A DNA stretch of 41,578 nucleotides, from assembly GCA_030740155.1 (NCBI GenBank), contig JASLXV010000056.1, forward strand, positions 1-41,578. Direction: 5' to 3'. This DNA comes from Dehalococcoidia bacterium (GTDB taxonomy: Bacteria; Chloroflexota; Dehalococcoidia; Lucifugimonadales; UBA3495). The stretch's first letter is position 1; each line of letters starts with the position of its first letter. A program made the translations under genes and the position numbers. Positions 1 through 8,017 of this stretch are shown here, in pieces. The notes beneath the pieces are model-generated. The model was not told the origin of the DNA and ran no database searches. It was given only the letters and a program-made list of their open reading frames with translations.

Positions 1-138
1 AGCGCAGAAAGGAGGTGAAGGCTCAAACGATCGATAGGCGAAGACTTCATAACCGGACCCTCAGGCAGCTCACCCAAGCTCTTCCACACCTCTGATCTCT
101 CGGGTCCCAAACTGTCCCATTTGTGCTGGTTGCCAACA
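1..138. mobile_element. Possible terminal end of an IS element (IS21-like)
   Basis: Ends in ...GTCCCAAACTGTCCCATTTGTGCTGGTTGCCAACA (reverse complement TGTTGGCAACCAGCACAAATGGGACAGTT). This TG...CA terminus resembles IS21-family inverted repeats. Cytochrome-like coding sequence starts exactly at 139. No transposase is visible in the window. Confidence 0.4.
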
Positions 139-285
139 GTCAATCCCCAGGGTAAACCGTTACTGCTTCCCATGCCGTGACCGCAAATCAGGAACATGAC
201 CGACGACGACCTTCGAGCCATCTGGCTGCATATTCAGGACGTGCCGCCCATCGCAAACGAGGTGCCGGAGAACATCATTCGATAG
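139..285 (+). pseudogene. C-terminal remnant of a c-type cytochrome-like protein
   Basis: Reads VNPQGKPLLLPMP*PQIRNMTDDDLRAIWLHIQDVPPIANEVPENIIR*, matching the PMPW...MTDxDLxAIxxYLxxxPP C-terminus of c-type cytochromes. TGA (178-180) sits at the conserved Trp position and the 5' part is missing. Confidence 0.6.
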
Positions 286-386
286 TGGCAATCCCGGACC
301 GCTTTTGGGGTACGAGAATAGACGAACTCTTGTCACCAACTGACGCAATCGGGGCAGGAAAGATTCAGAGTTGTCGTGGCCCCCGG

Positions 387-426
387 CCCTCACCCTCGTT
401 CCCTCTCCCACCGGGAGAGGGATGCC
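387..426 (+). repeat. REP-like palindrome (CCCTCACCCT...CCCTCTCCC-N-GGGAGAGGG family)
   Basis: Near-identical inverted copy at 21866-21904 (1-nt indel); internal hairpin CCCTCTCCC/GGGAGAGGG. Confidence 0.8.
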
Positions 427-559
427 CTGGCGCAGCCTGGGCTGGGTGAGGGCACGCCCCCACCCAGCGCGGGGTTCCTCCAAGGCAGCCCGGCCCCACC
501 GTTCCAGTCTCCTCGCTTCTCCGTTCGTGCGGATCTTCCCCGTTGGTTCGGTTCTTCTC

Positions 560-585
560 CCGTTCGTGGTGAGCCTGTCGAACCA
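560..585 (+). repeat. REP-like element (CCGTTCGTGGTGAGCCTGTCGAACC family)
   Basis: Related copies at 5051-5075, 5092-5116, 34974-34999 and 35012-35036. Confidence 0.75.
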
Positions 586-610
586 CCGCGACAGGCTGTT
601 GGGTACGCGC

Positions 611-1945
611 CTAACCGGTGGCGGCGCCCACGGTCGCGGGGTCCGCCGCGCGTCTCGGGAGCTTGGGTTTGGGGAGGGTCCAGAACAAGAGGCCCGCCGT
701 CAGATATATGCCCAGGATGGGGATGAGGGCGATGGTGTAGCTGTCGGTGGTATCGAACACCCAGCCCGCGAACACCGGGGTGATCGTGGACAGGAGGCTG
801 TACACCATGGTGATCCCACCCCTGAGGGTGGCGAAGCTGGTGCGGCCGAAGAAGTCCCCGACCAGAGACCATGACATGCCGGTAACACCTTCGGCGAAGG
901 CGAAGAATGAGGCGAAGAAAAGCAGTTGCCAGAGAGCCCCTCCGCTCGCCAGGAGAATCACCAGACTGGATGCCGAAAGGAACATGGTGATGCCCACCAC
1001 CTTCTGTTTGTTCCACTTGTCGCCGGCCCAGCCGAGAAGAATCCGGAGAGGGATCGAAATCATCGACACGAAGGCCACCACGAAGGCTCCGGTGGCCTCG
1101 GATTGTCCTTTCCACACCATCAAGGGCACCAGGTGCACAAACACACCGCTGTGGGCCGCGATTCGAAGGCCCATGCCCATCGCCAGGAACCAGTAGGTCC
1201 GCGTCTTGAACGCCTCCCTCGCGGTAAAATCCACCGTGGTGACGTGGCGGCTGAAACGCAACGGCCTCGTTGCCGCGAGGCCCCTATGGGCGATGGCCGG
1301 CGCCTCGTCTCCATCGGGCAGCAGACCCACGCTCTCCGGGGAGCGGCGCACCACAAAAGACAGGGGGACCACCACGACCAGGATTGCCACGCCTGAAATG
1401 ACGGCCGCGCTCCTCCAGCCCAACGTCAGTACGATAGCGGCCACCGCCGGGGTAATAGCCGCGCCGCCGATCGACTGTCCCAGGGAGACGATGGACATGG
1501 CCATACCCTTCCGGCGAATGAACCACTGATTGACGGCCGCCATGACGCCGTGGTTGAAGCCCCCGTTCATGCCCATGGAGAGGACGCCCAAATACACGAC
1601 CAGGAACATGGTGAAGCTGTGAGTTCGGGCCAGGAGAATGAACCCGATGCCGGCCAGCACCCCGCCGAAGGCTATTATGGTCCGGGGACCCAGCCGGTCC
1701 ACCAGATACCCGGCGGCGGGCCCCTCGAATCCGCCTTCCAGACGAGCCATGCCGTAGGCAAACGAAGTGGCCGTCCGGCTCAGTCCCAGGTCGCGGGTCA
1801 CCGGCAGGAAGTAGACGGAGAAGCCGTTCCAGTAGGTGCCTCCCGCCAAGGCGTTGAGGGCCGCGCCCGCGGCCACAATCCACCAGCCGTAGAATATCTT
1901 CCGCCGCGGCTTGGCGCCCGGTGGGGCCGCCATCCTATCTTCCAT
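611..1945 (-). CDS. MFS transporter (OFA/MCT-like)
   Basis: 444 aa, about 12 hydrophobic segments, N-terminal FYGWWIV, motif A GYLVDRLGPR and GWAGDKW. Confidence 0.93.
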   Translation of the reverse strand: MEDRMAAPPGAKPRRKIFYGWWIVAAGAALNALAGGTYWNGFSVYFLPVTRDLGLSRTATSFAYGMARLEGGFEGPAAGYLVDRLGPRTIIAFGGVLAGIGFILLARTHSFTMFLVVYLGVLSMGMNGGFNHGVMAAVNQWFIRRKGMAMSIVSLGQSIGGAAITPAVAAIVLTLGWRSAAVISGVAILVVVVPLSFVVRRSPESVGLLPDGDEAPAIAHRGLAATRPLRFSRHVTTVDFTAREAFKTRTYWFLAMGMGLRIAAHSGVFVHLVPLMVWKGQSEATGAFVVAFVSMISIPLRILLGWAGDKWNKQKVVGITMFLSASSLVILLASGGALWQLLFFASFFAFAEGVTGMSWSLVGDFFGRTSFATLRGGITMVYSLLSTITPVFAGWVFDTTDSYTIALIPILGIYLTAGLLFWTLPKPKLPRRAADPATVGAATG

Positions 1946-2201
1946 GCATGCTCAACTCTCGGTTGCGGGCCGCCCGCCAGCTTAGCCTCTGAGCGGTTCC
2001 CTCAGGACAACCTGGCCCGCTCGGTGCGGTTGCCCGGCCGTCCCTTGCCAGGTCACGGGCGAACTCCCAGGCGGTCGAACCGACGATCCGGGACTAACCC
2101 CGCCGACCACGCAAATGTGAAGTGAGGCGAATTGAGATCGGTAACTGGTCAATCGAGCACGAACCGGGGTATGGCGGCCCGCCCGAAAACCTTCCGGGCT
2201 G

Positions 2202-3533
2202 CTACAAAGTTACGCCGGTGAAGTTGAAGCTGGACAGTTTCAACACGGGCACCCTGGTGGCGAACCCCACTTCGTTCAGCACCAGCTTGGTCCGCCGGCC
2301 GGCGGCTTCGACTCCTGCCAGGGCCGCCACGTAGGACTGGGTGAACCGTAGGTTCTTGACCGGATGGCTGATCCGGCCGTTTTCAATCAGGAACGTGCCG
2401 TCGCGGGTCATGCCGGTCATCACGCATCCCTTGCCATGGGCCAGCCTGGTGTAGTGAAAGCGCGTGATGAAAAGCCCCCGGCGGGTCGAGGCTATCATAT
2501 CCTCCGTCCCGGAGTCACCCCCCATCATAAACAGGTTGCGAGCCATGGGGCCTCCGGTAAAATGGGCCTGGTGGCCCGTGGACGCCACGCCCTCCTTGCC
2601 GGCGGTGTTGGAGTTGTGGACCGGCGCTCCAACCACCCCCTCGGTGACGATGTCCGCCCGCTGCCGGGGCACGCCTTCGGCGTCGAAGGGCACCGGCCAG
2701 CCTGCCAGGTCGGCGCCGTCATCCCAGATTGAGACCTGGGGGCTCATGGCCCGCTGTCCCGCCAGGCCGGCCATCCAGCTCCGCCCTTCCTGGACTGCCT
2801 GGGCGCCCATTCCGTAGAAGCTCAACGCCTCCAGTATGTCGTCCACGGCGTAGTGGTCCAGGACGACGGTGTATTGGCCGGCCTCGATGGACCGGGGATC
2901 GCGTCCCCGGAGGGCCTTGCCGGTGGCCTCCTCGGCCAGCGACTCCACGTCCATATCCGCGAGTCGCCAGGAGCCGCCTTTGGCCCACCCGGACGAGGTG
3001 TCGCTCATGGCGGTGATGAGCAGCCCGGCGAAGGTCGAGGCGTGATAGGCTTGGACCCCGCGAGTGCTCAACACGGCTATTTGCTGGACGCCGGTGCGGC
3101 ACGCCCCCGAAGCGTTCAACCCCAGGGCCTGGGCTTTGCGGCAGACCGTTCCCACAGCCTCCGCGCGGCCCTCGGGCGTGAAGCGGGCGGTAGCCTCGTC
3201 GTAGGAGGGCACCAACGAGGGGCGCGCGGGAGTGGGCAGGCCGTAAAAGTCCGGGTCTTCCGGCATGAGCTGCGCGTTCAAGCGGGCCCGCTCCACGGCT
3301 TTCCCGATCCCTTCAGCGCTAAAGTCGTTGGTCACTGCCCGTCCCAAGCGTCGGCCCATGACGGCCCGGATGTGAAGCTGGGCGCTGCTGTGCGATACGT
3401 TCTGGTGGATGGAATTTCCGGCAAAGCGGGTCAGCGCCAACTCCTCGACGCTCAGGAAGAAATCGGCCTCCTGGGCCGTCGAAAGACGCAGCGCCTCGCC
3501 GAGGATGGCCTCACATTCCTCGCGGCCAATCAC
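2202..3533 (-). CDS. tldE: TldE/PmbA family protein
   Basis: LTRFAGNSIHQN, PFDAEGVP, TGMTRDGTFLIENGRI and KNLRFTQS motifs. The GTG start at 3533 overlaps the tldD stop (GTGA); the longer ORF-track start is unlikely. Confidence 0.9.
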   Translation of the reverse strand: MIGREECEAILGEALRLSTAQEADFFLSVEELALTRFAGNSIHQNVSHSSAQLHIRAVMGRRLGRAVTNDFSAEGIGKAVERARLNAQLMPEDPDFYGLPTPARPSLVPSYDEATARFTPEGRAEAVGTVCRKAQALGLNASGACRTGVQQIAVLSTRGVQAYHASTFAGLLITAMSDTSSGWAKGGSWRLADMDVESLAEEATGKALRGRDPRSIEAGQYTVVLDHYAVDDILEALSFYGMGAQAVQEGRSWMAGLAGQRAMSPQVSIWDDGADLAGWPVPFDAEGVPRQRADIVTEGVVGAPVHNSNTAGKEGVASTGHQAHFTGGPMARNLFMMGGDSGTEDMIASTRRGLFITRFHYTRLAHGKGCVMTGMTRDGTFLIENGRISHPVKNLRFTQSYVAALAGVEAAGRRTKLVLNEVGFATRVPVLKLSSFNFTGVTL

Positions 3534-5011
3534 TTCAGCACCCCTATTCTCACGCCTCGGAACCGGGCAGGGGCCGCTCCATGTCCGGTGTGGGCGAGCT
3601 GCCCGGGTTGGCCCTTGCCGCACTGGGGGGTGCTCCACATCTCCCAATGGTTCTCGTTGCATACGGCGTCACAGGAGTTCCAGAACTGGGGGGTGATCCC
3701 GGTGTAGGTGCAGTTGCGGAGCAAGCGCCCCAGCTTGCCTTTCTTTATCTCGTAGCCCAACTCCGTGCCGAACTGGAAGTTGTACCGCTTGTCGTCGATG
3801 GACCAGGACCGGTTCGACTCCATGTAGAACCCTTTCTCGGTATCCGAGATCAGGTCCTCCAACTCCCAAGGGCCGGGTTCCAGGCTGACGTTGGCCATGC
3901 GGATCAGGGGAAGGCGGTTCCATGACGAGGCCCGCATGCAGCCGTTGGAGGCCAGACCGAGCACGGACGCCGTTTCCCGGGACATCAGGTATCCGAGGAA
4001 CCTGCCGTTCTCGACAACGGGCGTCGACTGGGCCGGTACGCCTTCATCGTCCCAGCCGAAGGTGCCCAGACCGGGCAGACGCACGCTGTCGGCTGTGATG
4101 TTGACGCATTCGGAGCCGTACTGGAAGCCGCCCAGCTTGTCGGTGGTCAGGAACGAGGTCCCGGCGAAGGCCGCCTCGGCGCCCATCACCCGGTCCAGTT
4201 CGATGGCGTGGCCGCACGACTCGTGGACCTGGAGGCCCAATTGGGAGCCGCCGATGATGACAGTGGCCGTGAGTTCGCTCGGGCAGTGATCGGCGCTGAG
4301 CAGGGCCACCGCCTCGCTGGCGGTCCTTTCCGCGTTCCCGGCCAGGTCCATCCGGGTAATGAACTCCCACCCGGCACAGCCCTGATGACGCCGCTGGGAC
4401 TGGGGGAACGAGCGGCGCTGGATTTCACCCTGGCCCACGGCCGTGGCCTGGATGCCCCCGCCCGATTCGTAGATTGTCTGCTGAACGTGGGCGCCCTCGG
4501 TATTGGCGAAGGTCTTCTGCTGCCTGATGAAGATGAGGCTGCCCTGCCGGACTCTGATCCCCCGGACCGACGCCATGCCGCGGTCCGCCTCCAGCAGCAG
4601 CGCGAGCTTCGCCTCGGCGGAGACGGAGAACGGGTCAACCTGGACCGGCGTGGTGTAGCTGCCCCGGCTGGTCACGGGAGGCCCCAGGTGAACTCCCCCT
4701 AGCCCCCCATTGCGAAGGGAGGGTTGGGGGGGTATCAAAGCGGAGGCCCTGGCTATCCGAACGGCCAGCGCAGTGACCCGGTCGATCTCTGACGAGGTAA
4801 GGTCGTGGCTGGAGGCGAAGCCCCAGGCGCCGTCGACCAGCACCCGCACCCCGAAGCCAATGGACTGGTCCACGCTCAGCGTATCCACCGCCCCGTTGCG
4901 GACCACGTATTGCTCCTGGTCGGTCTGCTCCACCCGGACGTCCGCATACCCCGCACCCCTCACTGCGGCCAGGTCCAGGGCTCGGGCGATCAACTCATCC
5001 ACGGACGCCAC
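3530..5011 (-). CDS. tldD: TldD family metalloprotease
   Basis: YADVR, GFGVRVLVDGAWGFAS, metal-binding HESCGH, DDEGV, RMAN and C-terminal CGKGQP. Confidence 0.93.
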   Translation of the reverse strand: MASVDELIARALDLAAVRGAGYADVRVEQTDQEQYVVRNGAVDTLSVDQSIGFGVRVLVDGAWGFASSHDLTSSEIDRVTALAVRIARASALIPPQPSLRNGGLGGVHLGPPVTSRGSYTTPVQVDPFSVSAEAKLALLLEADRGMASVRGIRVRQGSLIFIRQQKTFANTEGAHVQQTIYESGGGIQATAVGQGEIQRRSFPQSQRRHQGCAGWEFITRMDLAGNAERTASEAVALLSADHCPSELTATVIIGGSQLGLQVHESCGHAIELDRVMGAEAAFAGTSFLTTDKLGGFQYGSECVNITADSVRLPGLGTFGWDDEGVPAQSTPVVENGRFLGYLMSRETASVLGLASNGCMRASSWNRLPLIRMANVSLEPGPWELEDLISDTEKGFYMESNRSWSIDDKRYNFQFGTELGYEIKKGKLGRLLRNCTYTGITPQFWNSCDAVCNENHWEMWSTPQCGKGQPGQLAHTGHGAAPARFRGVRIGVLK

Positions 5012-5050
5012 CTCCCTGTGCTAACGGCACCGTTGCCCCCGGCCGGCGGT

Positions 5051-5116
5051 CCTTCGACAGGCTCAGGACGAACGGGTTGGGCGCTACTGCTCCGTTCGAA
5101 GCGAGCCTGTCGAACC
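5051..5116. repeat. Inverted pair of REP-like elements
   Basis: CCTTCGACAGGCTCAGGACGAACGG (5051-5075) and CCGTTCGAAGCGAGCCTGTCGAACC (5092-5116) can pair with each other; same family as 560-585. Confidence 0.7.
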
Positions 5117-5320
5117 GCCCTTGGAGATAACTACCAGATGGCTTGATACCTGGCCCGTCATCCCGGCCCCGATGCAATCGAGGATGATCGTGGGGAGAGA
5201 ATCTCCCACGATTCGCCGATGCAAAGCTATCTACAAGACGGCACTCCGTCTCCGGCGGCGCAGGCTCAGCAAGTGGACTGCGGTGAAGCCAATGCCTCAA
5301 ATCTGTTGGCCTGGCCCGGC

Positions 5321-5890
5321 CTATTGACCCGAGGTGAGGGTCTTAACCACCTGGTCCTGAACGGCGGCAGCCCGCTCCTTCACGCCGTCCCGGTTCAGGG
5401 CCCCCAGAGGGTGGGGGATGGAGATCGGCTGGAAGCCGGTGCGGCCAAAGGTCCGGGCGTGGATCAGCGCCGAGTCCATGAATGGCGCGGTACAGACAAC
5501 CAGCGTGGGGATCCCCCGGTTCTCCAAGGCCATCGCGTCGTGCATACAGCACGCGGTGCAAGACCCTCAATCCGCGATGGCGGTCACCACGAAGTCGCAA
5601 CGGGCCGCCAGGTTATCGACGATGTCCTCGGCGGCGGGACGCGAGTAGACGAACTTGTTCACCACGAGGGCGTCCCGGAGTTCAAACTGCTTTTCCAGCA
5701 GCTCCTTGATGTCCACCAGCAAGAACTCGGCGTTGGCCTTCCGGTTGCCCAGAAACCCGCCAACCTTGCCGTGCAGGTTGGACAGCCGGTCCGCCGGCCG
5801 CCACTGGGAGTTGGCGTCGGGGTCCACCGGGGCCAGTAAGCCCAACTGGCTCAGCCGCTCCTGGATGTGGGTGGAAGGAATGCCTACCAT
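5321..5890 (-). CDS. UGSC-family selenoprotein (Sec at TGA 5569-5567), about 189 aa
   Basis: The two ORF-track fragments are in frame and join as ...VVTAIAD-U-GSCTACCMHDAMALENRGIPT...IPHPLG, the UGSC (UxxC) signature. ATG at 5890 has an AAGGAGG RBS. Confidence 0.9.
5534..5566 (-). promoter_or_regulatory. Putative bacterial SECIS element
   Basis: mRNA after the UGA: GGGUCUUGCACCG-CGUGC-UGUAU-GCACG-ACGCG. A stem with a G-containing apical loop 18 nt downstream of UGA. Confidence 0.65.
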
Positions 5891-5900
5891 AACGTCCTCC

Positions 5901-6941
5901 TTACCGAACCTCGATGCGCCTGGTGACCTTGGTCGAGCCCCAACAGGGCAGATAAGCGGAATGAGGTCCCCCGGCTCCGCCGGCGACGAAAATGTGGATG
6001 TTGTCGGGCCGCCGCACCACGGGCACCATTTGGGCATCGTCGAACGGGTCTATGTGCCTGGGCCAAAAAAGCTCCCGCCGGATGTCACCCTGGGGCGGGC
6101 CGCCCCGGCGCAACAGGGAGACCGGCTTCCGGGCGTGCTCGTACAGGTACAGCTTTACGTCTCGCTTTTTCCACCCGGCCTCGGCGATGAAGCGGGCGTG
6201 TTCCGGCCCCAGAACAACCAGGGTGTCTCCCATCACGTACATCTGGACGTTGCCCAGGGTGCACATGGAGTCGGCCAGCACCATCAGGAAGTTCCGCGTG
6301 TCGCCGGCGTGGTACATGATGTTGTGGGGCGCCTCGGCGGGGAAGACCGTTACCGTGCTGTCTTCCGCCGCGAAACCCATTTCGACGTGATACGGCTCCC
6401 AGGGGTTGGCATCTTCATCCTCGGCGATGCAGAAGGTGTAGCTGCCTGGGTGGCCGATGGTCGACTTGTTGGTTCCGCCCGGCGTCGCTCCACCCAGGTT
6501 CACCAGGATGAGCTTGACGGCGCGCCCGATGGTGGCGTTGGCCCGCCAGCCCTGGCCGAAGCAGTTGTAGCCGCCGTTGATGTTCAGAGACTTGGCGATG
6601 GGGCCGTTGACGATGATCAGGGGCGTGTGAATGCCGGTGGAAGTCTGAACGCCCCGCAGGTTGAACCGCTCATCCATCAGGGCTTGCAGGGCGGCCACGA
6701 TGACGGGCATGTACTCCGGCAGGCATCCGGCCATGACGGAGTTCACCGCGATCCTCTCGATGGTGGCGCGGCCGCCTAGGGGCGGTACCTCTGCAATCAA
6801 CTCATCCGGGGCGCGCCCCACGTAGTCAACAAACTCCTTCACCCTCTCGGCGGTGGGCGGGACCACCGGCAGGCCGTCGGTCCACCCGGTCTCGAACATG
6901 AGTTCCATGGTGTCCGTCAGGTCGGGAGATAGCGTCGTCAT
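5901..6941 (-). CDS. UGSC-associated conserved protein (GWTDGLPVVPPT family, putative thiol/selenol-dependent enzyme partner)
   Basis: GWTDGLPVVPPT, IAVNSVMAGC, RANATIGRA and VAGG motifs, of the family usually found next to UGSC genes. GGAGG RBS. Confidence 0.82.
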   Translation of the reverse strand: MTTLSPDLTDTMELMFETGWTDGLPVVPPTAERVKEFVDYVGRAPDELIAEVPPLGGRATIERIAVNSVMAGCLPEYMPVIVAALQALMDERFNLRGVQTSTGIHTPLIIVNGPIAKSLNINGGYNCFGQGWRANATIGRAVKLILVNLGGATPGGTNKSTIGHPGSYTFCIAEDEDANPWEPYHVEMGFAAEDSTVTVFPAEAPHNIMYHAGDTRNFLMVLADSMCTLGNVQMYVMGDTLVVLGPEHARFIAEAGWKKRDVKLYLYEHARKPVSLLRRGGPPQGDIRRELFWPRHIDPFDDAQMVPVVRRPDNIHIFVAGGAGGPHSAYLPCWGSTKVTRRIEVR

Positions 6942-7064
6942 GTCGTCACCTCCAAGCTCGCACTGTTCTCAGCTGGCTTTGGCCGTTCCGGGCTTTCATG
7001 CCCCGGTGGGGAGCCACCGACGAATGGAATTGGCGCTGCCCGCGTGGATCGAGGATTCCGTCCC

Positions 7065-7092
7065 GTGGGGGCGGTTTGCGAATCGCCCCTAC
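7065..7092 (-). repeat. GTAG-type REP palindrome
   Basis: Reverse complement GTAGGGGCGATTCGCAAACCGCCCCCAC: a GTAG head followed by an imperfect palindrome. Confidence 0.65.
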
Positions 7093-7178
7093 ACCGCCGA
7101 AGGGCTCGGGACCGGCATGTCGAACCTGGGCAATCGGATACCGGTCAGTTCAAACTTAACCGGCACCGGATAAATCGG

Positions 7179-7207
7179 AGTGTAGCCGGGGCGTCCGCCC
7201 CTGTCAA
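7179..7207 (-). promoter_or_regulatory. sigma70-type promoter for the UGSC/tld cluster
   Basis: Minus strand TTGACA-17 bp-TACACT. Confidence 0.65.
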
Positions 7208-7457
7208 CGCAACGTCAGCCAGGGCCTTGACGCAGGTGACATCCAGGGACTGGGTCAACAAGTCGCCGCAATTTATGGACCAGAGCCTTCCCCTCTCAAG
7301 ATGGACGGAGTGCCGGCGGCATTGGACGCCCGCCGAGCCTGTCGCGCGGTGCGGCACAAGCCAAATCCTGTTACTCTGTTCGCGCATCAAAGTGATGAAG
7401 CGTCGATCCTGAGGTAGTCGAAGACCGCTTCGCCGCCGGGCGGCAAGCAGGAGTGGA

Positions 7458-7877
7458 GTGGAAGCCGAGGTAGGAGAACATCCCGCTCGTTGGCGGGCAC
7501 TGGCTTTGATATCCGCGGCCACGCTGCTGAGCCTGACCGTCTGGTTCAGCACCAATGCCATCGCGCCGGCGTTGGAGACCGAACGCGGGTTTTCCGGCGG
7601 CGACATTGCCTGGTTGACCATCGCCGTTCAACTGGGCTTCGTGCTGGGCACTCTCATCATCGCGTTCACCAACCTGGCAGACATGGTAAACACCCGGGCG
7701 CTGTTCGCCACCAGCGCGGTCCTGGCGGGGGTGAGCAACGCCGCACTGGTCTTCGTGCCCGGCGGGTTTGCCGCCGCCCTGGTGCTGCGGGTGTTGAGCG
7801 GGGCTCCTCCTTGGCTGCCCGGATCCCCCGAACCCCACGCTTCACTCGGGGTGACACGTACCCAGGGCACTATTTAG
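7458..7877 (+). pseudogene. 3'-truncated MFS transporter
   Basis: LSLTVWFSTNAIAPAL...WLTIAVQLGFVLGTL...NLAD...LRVLSG covers only about 4 TM helices. The sequence after about 7803 is unrelated and ends in a REP-like fragment (CTTCACTCGGGGTGACA). Confidence 0.75.
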
Positions 7878-8017
7878 GCAAAGCCCTTCCGAGCCCGCTT
7901 GGGGTCACTGTCGCGTAAAAGAATTGAGGAGAACCAGCCACGACCAGGGCATGGCCAGGTAACGGGTCTAGCACCTGACTCGCGCGGCGAATCGGTAGAA
8001 ACCGTTAGGAGACAACC

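Noticed and set aside
5121..5327. Small ORFs upstream of tldD as a TldDE/RiPP substrate
   Set aside because: No RBS or precursor-like composition; they lie next to or overlap REP sequence; no modification enzymes nearby.
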